A stretch of DNA of 64,000 nt from Auanema rhodensis (taxonomy: Eukaryota; Animalia; Nematoda), in assembly GCA_964057225.1 (NCBI GenBank), contig OZ059896.1, positions 4,588,001 through 4,652,000 of the forward strand, read 5' to 3'. Positions 40,333 to 54,200 of the stretch are shown one piece after another. The notes under the pieces are model-generated. The model saw only the letters and a list, made by a program, of their open reading frames with translations, did no database searches and was not told the DNA's origin. How positions within the stretch are numbered: the first letter of the stretch is position 1; each line of letters opens with the position of its first letter. The translations under genes were made by a program, and so were the position numbers.

Positions 40333-43300
40333 TATCCTCGATTTTCACCCTGAAGAATTAATTTTTTCGTTGAATAACATTGTCCATCGTTTTCGCCTCA
40401 AAAAAAGGAATCTAAAAACATCTACTTTTTGCGAAATTATTTTGAAATTTTTCGAAAAAATTTTGTCAAAATGTTTTTGGAAGCAATGTTGAGTGTACAT
40501 GGAAACTCAACATACACTAATGCATCATTTTTCAAACGATCATAACTAATTTTTGTGATGAGCGTTTCTCCATGTAGTATAATGCATTCGATGCGGATTT
40601 TTAAGCTGCGTCGATCTGTGTTATCAGATTTGCGCTAGCTTAAAAATGCACCGAGATATCAACTGATATAAGTTCACACTTATATCCTCGATTTTCACCC
40701 TGAAGAATTAATTTTTTCGTTGAATAACATTGTCCATCGTTTTTGCCTTGAAAGAAGGAATCTAAAAACATCTACTTTTTGCTAAATTATTTTGAAATTT
40801 TTCGAAAAAATTTTTGTCAAAATGTTTTTGGAAGCAATTTTGAGTGTACATGGAAACTCAACATACACTAATGCATCATTTTTCAAACGATCATAACTAA
40901 TTTTTGTATTAAGCTTTCCTCAATGTAATATAGTGCATTCGATGCGGATTTTTAAGCTGCGTCGATCTGTGTTATCAGATTTGCGCTAGCTTAAAAATGC
41001 ACCGAGATATCATCTGATATAAGTTCACACTTATATCCTCGATTTTCACCCTGAAGAATTAATTTTTTCGTTGAATAACATTGTCCATCGTTTTTGCCTT
41101 GAAAAAAGGAATCTAAAAACATCTACTTTTTGCTAAATTATTTTGAAATTTTTCGAAAAAATTTTTGTCAAAATGTTTTTGGAAGCAATGTTGAGTGTAC
41201 ATGGAAACTCAACATACACTAATGCATCATTTTTCAAACGATCATAACTAATTTTTGTATTAAGCTTTTCTCAATGTAATATAGTGCATTCGATGCGGTT
41301 TTTTAAGCTGCGTCGATCTGTGTTATCAGATTTGCGCTAGCTTAAAAATGCACCGAGATATTAACTGATATAAGTTCACACTTATATCCTCGATTTTCAC
41401 CCTGAAGAATTAATTTTTTCGTTGAATAACATTGTCCATCGTTTTTGCCTCAAAAAAAGGAATCTAAAAACATCTACTTTTTGCGAAATTATTTTGAAAT
41501 TTTTCGAAAAAATTTTGTCAAAATGTTTTTGGAAGCAATGTTGAGTGTACATGGAAACTCAACATACACTAATGCATCATTTTTCAAACGATCATAACTA
41601 ATTTTTGTGATGAGCGTTTCTCCATGTAGTATAATGCATTCGATGCGGATTTTTAAGCTGCGTCGATCTGTGTTATCAGATTTGCGCTAGCTTAAAAATG
41701 CACCGAGATATCAACTGATATAAGTTCACACTTATATCCTCGATTTTCACCCTGAAGAATTAATTTTTTCGTTGAATAACATTGTCCATCGTTTTTGCCT
41801 CAAAAAAAGGAATCTAAAAACATCTACTTTTTGCGAAATTATTTTGAAATTTTTCGAAAAAATTTTGTCAAAATGTTTTTGGAAGCAATGTTGAGTGTAC
41901 ATGGAAACTCAACATACACTAATGCATCATTTTTCAAACGATCATAACTAATTTTTGTGATGAGCGTTTCTCCATGTAGTATAATGCATTCGATGCGGAT
42001 TTTTAAGCTGCGTCGATCTATGTTATCAGATTTGCGCTAGCTTAAAAATGCACCGAGATATCAACTGATATAAGTTCACACTTATATCCTCGATTTTCAC
42101 CCTGAAGAATTAATTTTTTCGTTGAATAACATTGTCCATCGTTTTTGCCTTGAAAGAAGGAATCTAAAAACATCTACTTTTTGCTAAATTATTTTGAAAT
42201 TTTTCGAAAAAATTTTTGTCAAAATGTTTTTGGAAGCAATGTTGAGTGTACATGGAAACTCAACATACACTAATGCATCATTTTTCAAACGATCATAACT
42301 AATTTTTGTATTAAGCTTTTCTCAATGTAATATAGTGCTTTCGATGCGGACTTTTAAGCTGCGTCGATCTATGTTATCAGATTTGCGCTAGCTTAAAAAT
42401 GCACCGAGATATCAACTGATATAAGTTCACACTTATATCCTCGATTTTCACCCTGAAGAATTAATTTTTTCGTTGAATAACATTGTCCATCGTTTTTGCC
42501 TTGAAAGAAGGAATCTAAAAACATCTACTTTTTGCTAAATTATTTTGAAATTTTTCGAAAAAATTTTTGTCAAAATGTTTTTGGAAGCAATGTTGAGTGT
42601 ACATGGAAACTCAACATACACTAATGCATCATTTTTCAAACGATCATAACTAATTTTTGTGATGAGCGTTTCTCCATGTAGTATAATGCATTCGATGCGG
42701 ATTTTTAAGCTGCGTCGATCTGTGTTATCAGATTTGCGCTAGCTTAAAAATGCACCGAGATATCAACTGATATAAGTTCACACTTATATCCTCGATTTTC
42801 ACCCTGAAGAATTAATTTTTTCGTTGAATAACATTGTCCATCGTTTTTGCCTTGAAAGAAGGAATCTAAAAACATCTACTTTTTGCTAAATTATTTTGAA
42901 ATTTTTCGAAAAAATTTTTGTCAAAATGTTTTTGGAAGCAATTTTGAGTGTACATGGAAACTCAACATACACTAATGCATCATTTTTCAAACAATCATAA
43001 CTAATTTTTGTATTAAGCTTTCCTCAATGTAATATAGTGCATTCGATGCGGATTTTTAAGCTGCGTCGATCTGTGTTATCAGATTTGCGCTAGCTTAAAA
43101 ATGCACCGAGATATCAACTGATATAAGTTCACACTTATATCCTCGATTTTCACCCTGAAGAATTAATTTTTTCGTTGAATAACATTGTCCATCGTTTTTG
43201 CCTTAAAAAAAGGAATCTAAAAACATCTACTTTTTGCTAAATTATTTTGAAATTTTTCGAAAAAATTTTTGTCAAAATGTTTTTGGAAGCAATTTTGAGT

Positions 43301-46300
43301 GTACATGGAAACTCAACATACACTAATGCATCATTTTTCAAACGATCATAACTAATTTCTGTATTAAGCTTTCCTCAATGTAATATAGTGCATTCGATGC
43401 GGATTTTTAAGCTGCGTCGATCTGTGTTATCAGATTTGCGCTAGCTTAAAAATGCACCTAGATATCATCTGATATAAGTTCACACTTGTATCCTCGATTT
43501 TCACCCTGAAGAATTAATTTTTTCGTTGAATAACATTGTCCATCGTTTTTGCCTTTAAAAAAGGAATCTAAAAACATCTACTTTTTGCTAAATTATTTTG
43601 AAATTTTTCGAAAAAATTTTTGTCAAAATGTTTTTGGAAGCAATGTTGAGTGTACATGGAAACTCAACATACACTAATGCATCATTTTTCAAACGATCAT
43701 AACTAATTTTTGTATTAAGCTTTTCTTAATGTAGTATAGTGCTTTCGATGCGGACTTTTAAGCTGCGTCGATCTATGTTATCAGATTTGCGCTAGCTTAA
43801 AAATGCACCGAGATATCAACTGATATAAGTTCACACTTATATCCTCGATTTTCACCCTGAAGAATTAATTTTTTCGTTGAATAACATTGTCCATCGTTTT
43901 TGCCTTGAAAGAAGGAATCTAAAAACATCTACTTTTTGCTAAATTATTTTGAAATTTTTCGAAAAAATTTTTGTCAAAATGTTTTTGGAAGCAATTTTGA
44001 GTGTACATGGAAACTCAACATACACTAATGCATCATTTTTCAAACGATCATAACTAATTTTTGTATTAAGCTTTCCTCAATGTAATATAGTGCATTCGAT
44101 GCGGTTTTTTAAGCTGCGTCGATCTGTGTTATCAGATTTGCGCTAGCTTAAAAATGCACCGAGATATCATCTGATATAAGTTCACACTTATATCCTCGAT
44201 TTTCACCCTGAAGAATTAATTTTTTCGTTGAATAACATTGTCCATCGTTTTCGCCTCAAAAAAAGGAATCTAAAAACATCTACTTTTTGCGAAATTATTT
44301 TGAAATTTTTCGAAAAAATTTTGTCAAAATGTTTTTGGAAGCAATGTTGAGTGTACATGGAAACTCAACATACACTAATGCATCATTTTTCAAACGATCA
44401 TAACTAATTTTTGTGATGAGCGTTTCTCCATGTAGTATAATGCATTCGATGCGGATTTTTAAGCTGCGTCGATCTGTGTTATCAGATTTGCGCTAGCTTA
44501 AAAATGCACCGAGATATCAACTGATATAAGTTCACACTTATATCCTCGATTTTCACCCTGAAGAATTAATTTTTTCGTTGAATAACATTGTCCATCGTTT
44601 TTGCCTTGAAAGAAGGAATCTAAAAACATCTACTTTTTGCTAAATTATTTTGAAATTTTTCGAAAAAATTTTTGTCAAAATGTTTTTGGAAGCAATTTTG
44701 AGTGTACATGGAAACTCAACATACACTAATGCATCATTTTTCAAACGATCATAACTAATTTTTGTATTAAGCTTTCCTCAATGTAATATAGTGCATTCGA
44801 TGCGGATTTTTAAGCTGCGTCGATCTGTGTTATCAGATTTGCGCTAGCTTAAAAATGCACCGAGATATCATCTGATATAAGTTCACACTTATATCCTCGA
44901 TTTTCACCCTGAAGAATTAATTTTTTCGTTGAATAACATTGTCCATCGTTTTTGCCTTGAAAAAAGGAATCTAAAAACATCTACTTTTTGCTAAATTATT
45001 TTGAAATTTTTCGAAAAAATTTTTGTCAAAATGTTTTTGGAAGCAATGTTGAGTGTACATGGAAACTCAACATACACTAATGCATCATTTTTCAAACGAT
45101 CATAACTAATTTTTGTATTAAGCTTTTCTCAATGTAATATAGTGCATTCGATGCGGTTTTTTAAGCTGCGTCGATCTGTGTTATCAGATTTGCGCTAGCT
45201 TAAAAATGCACCGAGATATTAACTGATATAAGTTCACACTTATATCCTCGATTTTCACCCTGAAGAATTAATTTTTTCGTTGAATAACATTGTCCATCGT
45301 TTTTGCCTCAAAAAAAGGAATCTAAAAACATCTACTTTTTGCGAAATTATTTTGAAATTTTTCGAAAAAATTTTGTCAAAATGTTTTTGGAAGCAATGTT
45401 GAGTGTACATGGAAACTCAACATACACTAATGCATCATTTTTCAAACGATCATAACTAATTTTTGTGATGAGCGTTTCTCCATGTAGTATAATGCATTCG
45501 ATGCGGATTTTTAAGCTGCGTCGATCTGTGTTATCAGATTTGCGCTAGCTTAAAAATGCACCGAGATATCAACTGATATAAGTTCACACTTATATCCTCG
45601 ATTTTCACCCTGAAGAATTAATTTTTTCGTTGAATAACATTGTCCATCGTTTTTGCCTCAAAAAAAGGAATCTAAAAACATCTACTTTTTGCGAAATTAT
45701 TTTGAAATTTTTCGAAAAAATTTTGTCAAAATGTTTTTGGAAGCAATGTTGAGTGTACATGGAAACTCAACATACACTAATGCATCATTTTTCAAACGAT
45801 CATAACTAATTTTTGTGATGAGCGTTTCTCCATGTAGTATAATGCATTCGATGCGGATTTTTAAGCTGCGTCGATCTATGTTATCAGATTTGCGCTAGCT
45901 TAAAAATGCACCGAGATATCAACTGATATAAGTTCACACTTATATCCTCGATTTTCACCCTGAAGAATTAATTTTTTCGTTGAATAACATTGTCCATCGT
46001 TTTTGCCTTGAAAGAAGGAATCTAAAAACATCTACTTTTTGCTAAATTATTTTGAAATTTTTCGAAAAAATTTTTGTCAAAATGTTTTTGGAAGCAATGT
46101 TGAGTGTACATGGAAACTCAACATACACTAATGCATCATTTTTCAAACGATCATAACTAATTTTTGTATTAAGCTTTTCTCAATGTAATATAGTGCTTTC
46201 GATGCGGACTTTTAAGCTGCGTCGATCTATGTTATCAGATTTGCGCTAGCTTAAAAATGCACCGAGATATCAACTGATATAAGTTCACACTTATATCCTC

Positions 46301-47960
46301 GATTTTCACCCTGAAGAATTAATTTTTTCGTTGAATAACATTGTCCATCGTTTTTGCCTTGAAAGAAGGAATCTAAAAACATCTACTTTTTGCTAAATTA
46401 TTTTGAAATTTTTCGAAAAAATTTTTGTCAAAATGTTTTTGGAAGCAATGTTGAGTGTACATGGAAACTCAACATACACTAATGCATCATTTTTCAAACG
46501 ATCATAACTAATTTTTGTGATGAGCGTTTCTCCATGTAGTATAATGCATTCGATGCGGATTTTTAAGCTGCGTCGATCTGTGTTATCAGATTTGCGCTAG
46601 CTTAAAAATGCACCGAGATATCAACTGATATAAGTTCACACTTATATCCTCGATTTTCACCCTGAAGAATTAATTTTTTCGTTGAATAACATTGTCCATC
46701 GTTTTTGCCTTGAAAGAAGGAATCTAAAAACATCTACTTTTTGCTAAATTATTTTGAAATTTTTCGAAAAAATTTTTGTCAAAATGTTTTTGGAAGCAAT
46801 TTTGAGTGTACATGGAAACTCAACATACACTAATGCATCATTTTTCAAACAATCATAACTAATTTTTGTATTAAGCTTTCCTCAATGTAATATAGTGCAT
46901 TCGATGCGGATTTTTAAGCTGCGTCGATCTGTGTTATCAGATTTGCGCTAGCTTAAAAATGCACCGAGATATCAACTGATATAAGTTCACACTTATATCC
47001 TCGATTTTCACCCTGAAGAATTAATTTTTTCGTTGAATAACATTGTCCATCGTTTTTGCCTTAAAAAAAGGAATCTAAAAACATCTACTTTTTGCTAAAT
47101 TATTTTGAAATTTTTCGAAAAAATTTTTGTCAAAATGTTTTTGGAAGCAATTTTGAGTGTACATGGAAACTCAACATACACTAATGCATCATTTTTCAAA
47201 CGATCATAACTAATTTCTGTATTAAGCTTTCCTCAATGTAATATAGTGCATTCGATGCGGATTTTTAAGCTGCGTCGATCTGTGTTATCAGATTTGCGCT
47301 AGCTTAAAAATGCACCTAGATATCATCTGATATAAGTTCACACTTGTATCCTCGATTTTCACCCTGAAGAATTAATTTTTTCGTTGAATAACATTGTCCA
47401 TCGTTTTTGCCTTTAAAAAAGGAATCTAAAAACATCTACTTTTTGCTAAATTATTTTGAAATTTTTCGAAAAAATTTTTGTCAAAATGTTTTTGGAAGCA
47501 ATGTTGAGTGTACATGGAAACTCAACATACACTAATGCATCATTTTTCAAACGATCATAACTAATTTTTGTATTAAGCTTTTCTTAATGTAGTATAGTGC
47601 TTTCGATGCGGACTTTTAAGCTGCGTCGATCTATGTTATCAGATTTGCGCTAGCTTAAAAATGCACCGAGATATCAACTGATATAAGTTCACACTTATAT
47701 CCTCGATTTTCACCCTGAAGAATTAATTTTTTCGTTGAATAACATTGTCCATCGTTTTTGCCTTGAAAGAAGGAATCTAAAAACATCTACTTTTTGCTAA
47801 ATTATTTTGAAATTTTTCGAAAAAATTTTTGTCAAAATGTTTTTGGAAGCAATTTTGAGTGTACATGGAAACTCAACATACACTAATGCATCATTTTTCA
47901 AACGATCATAACTAATTTTTGTATTAAGCTTTCCTCAATGTAATATAGTGCATTCGATGC
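38929..47960 (+). repeat. 11-monomer higher-order repeat (3858-bp period, about 2.3 copies)
   Basis: The TAATTTCTGT marker is at 39495, 43353 and 47211 (offsets 3858). TTTTCGCC monomers are at 40333 and 44191. Unit starts are 38929, 42787 and 46645. Confidence 0.88.
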
Positions 47961-50900
47961 GGATTTTTAAGCTGCGTCGATCTGTGTTATCAGATTTGCG
48001 CTAGCTTAAAAATGCACCGAGATATCATCTGATATAAGTTCACACTTATATCCTCGATTTTCACCCTGAAGAATTAATTTTTTCGTTGAATAACATTGTC
48101 CATCGTTTTTGCCTTGAAAGAAGGAATCTAAAAACATCTACTTTTTGCGAAATTATTTTGAAATTTTTCGAAAAAATTTTGTCAAAATGTTTTTGGAAGC
48201 AATTTTGAGTGTACATGGAAACTCAACATACACTAATGCATCATTTTTCAAACGATCGTAACTAATTTTTGTATTAAGCTTTTCTTAATGTAGTATAGTG
48301 CATTCGATGCGGACTTTTAAGCTGCGTCGATCTGTGTTATCAGATTTGCGCTAGCTTAAAAATGCACCGAGATATTAACTGATATAAGTTCACACTTATA
48401 TCCTCGATTTTCACCCTGAAGAATTAATTTTTTCGTTGAATAACATTGTCCATCGTTTTTGCCTCAAAAAAAGGAATCTAAAAACATCTACTTTTTGCGA
48501 AATTATTTTGAAATTTTTCGAAAAAATTTTGTCAAAATGTTTTTGGAAGCAATGTTGAGTGTACATGGAAACTCAACATACACTAATGCATCATTTTTCA
48601 AACGATCATAACTAATTTTTGTGATGAGCGTTTCTCCATGTAGTATAGTGCATTCGATGCGGACTTTTAAGCTGCGTCGATCTGTGTTATCAGATTTGCG
48701 CTAGCTTAAAAATGCACCGAGATATTAACTGATATAAGTTCACACTTATATCCTCGATTTTCACCCTGAAGAATTAATTTTTTCGTTGAATAACATTGTC
48801 CATCGTTTTTGCCTCAAAAAAAGGAATCTAAAAACATCTACTTTTTGCGAAATTATTTTGAAATTTTTCGAAAAAATTTTGTCAAAATGTTTTTGGAAGC
48901 AATGTTGAGTGTACATGGAAACTCAACATACACTAATGCATCATTTTTCAAACGATCATAACTAATTTTTGTGATGAGCGTTTCTCCATGTAGTATAATG
49001 CATTCGATGCGGATTTTTAAGCTGCGTCGATCTGTGTTATCAGATTTGCGCTAGCTTAAAAATGCACCGAGATATCAACTGATATAAGTTCACACTTATA
49101 TCCTCGATTTTCACCCTGAAGAATTAATTTTTTCGTTGAATAACATTGTCCATCGTTTTTGCCTTAAAAAAAGGAATCTAAAAACATCTACTTTTTGCTA
49201 AATTATTTTGAAATTTTTCGAAAAAATTTTTGTCAAAATGTTTTTGGAAGCAATTTTGAGTGTACATGGAAACTCAACATACACTAATGCATCATTTTTC
49301 AAACGATCATAACTAATTTTTGTATTAAGCTTTCCTCAATGTAATATAGTGCATTCGATGCGGATTTTTAAGCTGCGTCGATCTGTGTTATCAGATTTGC
49401 GCTAGCTTAAAAATGCACCTAGATATCATCTGATATAAGTTCACACTTGTATGCTCGATTTTCACCCTGAAGAATTAATTTTTTCGTTGAATAACATTGT
49501 CCATCGTTTTTGCCTTTAAAAAAGGAATCTAAAAACATCTACTTTTTGCTAAATTATTCTGAAATTTTTCGAAAAAATTTTTGTCAAAATGTTTTTGGAA
49601 GCAATGTTGAGTGTACATGGAAACTCAACATACACTAATGCATCATTTTTCAAACGATCATAACTAATTTTTGTATTAAGCTTTTCTTAATGTAGTATAG
49701 TGCTTTCGATGCGGACTTTTAAGCTGCGTCGATCTATGTTATCAGATTTGCGCTAGCTTAAAAATGCACCGAGATATCAACTGATATAAGTTCACACTTA
49801 TATCCTCGATTTTCACCCTGAAGAATTAATTTTTTCGTTGAATAACATTGTCCATCGTTTTTGCCTCAAAAAAAGGAATCTAAAAACATCTACTTTTTGC
49901 GAAATTATTTTGAAATTTTTCGAAAAAATTTTGTCAAAATGTTTTTGGAAGCAATGTTGAGTGTACATGGAAACTCAACATACACTAATGCATCATTTTT
50001 CAAACGATCATAACTAATTTTTGTGATGAGCGTTTCTCCATGTAGTATAATGCATTCGATGCGGATTTTCAAGCTGCGTCGATCTGTGTTATCAGATTTG
50101 CGCTAGCTTAAAAATGCACCGAGATATCAACTGATATAAGTTCACACTTATATCCTCGATTTTCACCCTGAAGAATTAATTTTTTCGTTGAATAACATTG
50201 TCCATCGTTTTTGCCTCAAAAAAAGGAATCTAAAAACATCTACTTTTTGCGAAATTATTTTGAAATTTTTGGAAAAAATTTTGTCAAAATGTTTTTGGAA
50301 GCAATGTTGAGTGTACATGGAAACTCAACATACACTAATGCATCATTTTTCAAACGATCATAACTAATTTTTGTGATGAGCGTTTCTCCATGTAGTATAA
50401 TGCATTCGATGCGGATTTTTAAGCTGCGTCGATCTGTGTTATCAGATTTGCGCTAGCTTAAAAATGCACCGAGATATCAACTGATATAAGTTCACACTTA
50501 TATCCTCGATTTTCACCCTGAAGAATTAATTTTTTCGTTGAATAACATTGTCCATCGTTTTTGCCTCAAAAAAAGGAATCTAAAAACATCTACTTTTTGC
50601 GAAATTATTTTGAAATTTTTCGAAAAAATTTTGTCAAAATGTTTTTGGAAGCAATGTTGAGTGTACATGGAAACTCAACATACACTAATGCATCATTTTT
50701 CAAACGATCATAACTAATTTTTGTGATGAGCGTTTCTCCATGTAGTATAATGCATTCGATGCGGATTTTTAAGCTGCGTCGATCTATGTTATCAGATTTG
50801 CGCTAGCTTAAAAATGCACCGAGATATCAACTGATATAAGTTCACACTTATATCCTCGATTTTCACCCTGAAGAATTAATTTTTTCGTTGAATAACATTG

Positions 50901-51200
50901 TCCATCGTTTTTGCCTTGAAAGAAGGAATCTAAAAACATCTACTTTTTGCGAAATTATTTTGAAATTTTTCGAAAAAATTTTGTCAAAATGTTTTTGGAA
51001 GCAATTTTGAGTGTACATGGAAACTCAACATACACTAATGCATCATTTTTCAAACGATCGTAAATAATTTTTGTATTAAGCTTTTCTTAATGTAGTATAG
51101 TGCATTCGATGCGGACTTTTAAGCTGCGTCGATCTGTGTTATCAGATTTGCGCTAGCTTAAAAATGCACCGAGATATTAACTGATATAAGTTCACACTTA

Positions 51201-54200
51201 TATCCTCGATTTTCACCCTGAAGAATTAATTTTTTCGTTGAATAACATTGTCCATCGTTTTTGCCTCAAAAAAAGGAATCTAAAAACATCTACTTTTTGC
51301 GAAATTATTTTGAAATTTTTCGAAAAAATTTTGTCAAAATGTTTTTGGAAGCAATGTTGAGTGTACATGGAAACTCAACATACACTAATGCATCATTTTT
51401 CAAACGATCATACCTAATTTTTGTGATGAGCGTTTCTCCATGTAGTATGATGCATTCGATGCGGATTTTTAAGCTGCGTCGATCTGTGTTATCAGATTTG
51501 CGCTAGCTTAAAAATGCACCGAGATATCAACTGATATAAGTTCACACTTATATCCTCGATTTTCACCCTGAAGAATTAATTTTTTCGTTGAATAACATTG
51601 TCCATCGTTCTTGCCTTGAAAGAAGGAATCTAAAAACATCTACTTTTTGCTAAATTATTTTGAAATTTTTCGAAAAAATTTTTGTCAAAATGTTTTTGGA
51701 AGCAATTTTGAGTGTACATGGAAACTCAACATACACTAATGCATCATTTTTCAAACAATCATAACTAATTTTTGTATTAAGCTTTCCTCAATGTAATATA
51801 GTGCATTCGATGCGGATTTTTAAGCTGCGTCGATCTGTGTTATCAGATTTGCGCTAGCTCAAAAATGCACCGAGATATCAACTGATATAAGTTCACACTT
51901 ATATCCTCGATTTTCACCCTGAAGAATTAATTTTTTCGTTGAATAACATTGTCCATCGTTTTTGCCTCAAAAAAAGGAATCTAAAAACATCTACTTTTTG
52001 CGAAATTATTTTGAAATTTTTCGAAAAAATTTTGTCAAAATGTTTTTGGAAGCAATGTTGAGTGTACATGGAAACTCAACATACACTAATGCATCATTTT
52101 TCAAACGATCATAACTAATTTTTGTGATGAGCGTTTCTCCATGTAGTATAATGCATTCGATGCGGATTTTTAAGCTGCGTCGATCTGTGTTATCAGATTT
52201 GCGCTAGCTTAAAAATGCACCGAGATATCAACTGATATAAGTTCACACTTATATCCTCGATTTTCACCCTGAAGAATTAATTTTTTCGTTGAATAACATT
52301 GTCCATCGTTTTTGCCTTGAAAGAAGGAATCTAAAAACATCTACTTTTTGCTAAATTATTTTGAAATTTTTCGAAAAAATTTTTGTCAAAATGTTTTTGG
52401 AAGCAATTTTGAGTGTACATGGAAACTCAACATACACTAATGCATCATTTTTCAAACAATCATAACTAATTTTTGTATTAAGCTTTCCTCAATGTAATAT
52501 AGTGCATTCGATGCGGATTTTTAAGCTGCGTCGATCTGTGTTATCAGATTTGCGCTAGCTTAAAAATGCACCGAGATATCAACTGATATAAGTTCACACT
52601 TATATCCTCGATTTTCTCCCTGAAGAATTAATTTTTTCGTTGAATAACATTGTCCATCGTTTTTGCCTTGAAAGAAGGAATCTAAAAACATCTACTTTTT
52701 GCTAAATTATTTTGAAATTTTTCGAAAAAATTTTTGTCAAAATGTTTTTGGAAGCAATTTTGAGTGTACATGGAAACTCAACATACACTAATGCATCATT
52801 TTTCAAACGATCATAACTAATTTTTGTATTAAGCTTTCCTCAATGTAATATAGTGCATTCGATGCGGATTTTTAAGCTGCGTCGATCTGTGTTATCAGAT
52901 TTGCGCTAGCTCAAAAATGCACCGAGATATCAACTGATATAAGTTCACACTTATATCCTCGATTTTCACCCTGAAGAATTAATTTTTTCGTTGAATAACA
53001 TTGTCCATCGTTTTTGCCTCAAAAAAAGGAATCTAAAAACATCTACTTTTTGCGAAATTATTTTGAAATTTTTCGAAAAAATTTTGTCAAAATGTTTTTG
53101 GAAGCAATGTTGAGTGTACATGGAAACTCAACATACACTAATGCATCATTTTTCAAACGATCATACCTAATTTTTGTGATGAGCGTTTCTCCATGTAGTA
53201 TGATGCATTCGATGCGGATTTTTAAGCTGCGTCGATCTGTGTTATCAGATTTGCGCTAGCTTAAAAATGCACCGAGATATCAACTGATATAAGTTCACAC
53301 TTATATCCTCGATTTTCACCCTGAAGAATTAATTTTTTCGTTGAATAACATTGTCCATCGTTTTTGCCTTGAAAGAAGGAATCTAAAAACATCTACTTTT
53401 TGCTAAATTATTTTGAAATTTTTCGAAAAAATTTTTGTCAAAATGTTTTTGGAAGCAATTTTGAGTGTACATGGAAACTCAACATACACTAATGCATCAT
53501 TTTTCAAACAATCATAACTAATTTTTGTATTAAGCTTTCCTCAATGTAATATAGTGCATTCGATGCGGATTTTTAAGCTGCGTCGATCTGTGTTATCAGA
53601 TTTGCGCTAGCTCAAAAATGCACCGAGATATCAACTGATATAAGTTCACACTTATATCCTCGATTTTCACCCTGAAGAATTAATTTTTTCGTTGAATAAC
53701 ATTGTCCATCGTTTTTGCCTCAAAAAAAGGAATCTAAAAACATCTACTTTTTGCGAAATTATTTTGAAATTTTTCGAAAAAATTTTGTCAAAATGTTTTT
53801 GGAAGCAATGTTGAGTGTACATGGAAACTCAACATACACTAATGCATCATTTTTCAAACGATCATAACTAATTTTTGTGATGAGCGTTTCTCCATGTAGT
53901 ATAATGCATTCGATGCGGATTTTTAAGCTGCGTCGATCTGTGTTATCAGATTTGCGCTAGCTTAAAAATGCACCGAGATATCAACTGATATAAGTTCACA
54001 CTTATATCCTCGATTTTCACCCTGAAGAATTAATTTTTTCGTTGAATAACATTGTCCATCGTTTTTGCCTTGAAAGAAGGAATCTAAAAACATCTACTTT
54101 TTGCTAAATTATTTTGAAATTTTTCGAAAAAATTTTTGTCAAAATGTTTTTGGAAGCAATTTTGAGTGTACATGGAAACTCAACATACACTAATGCATCA

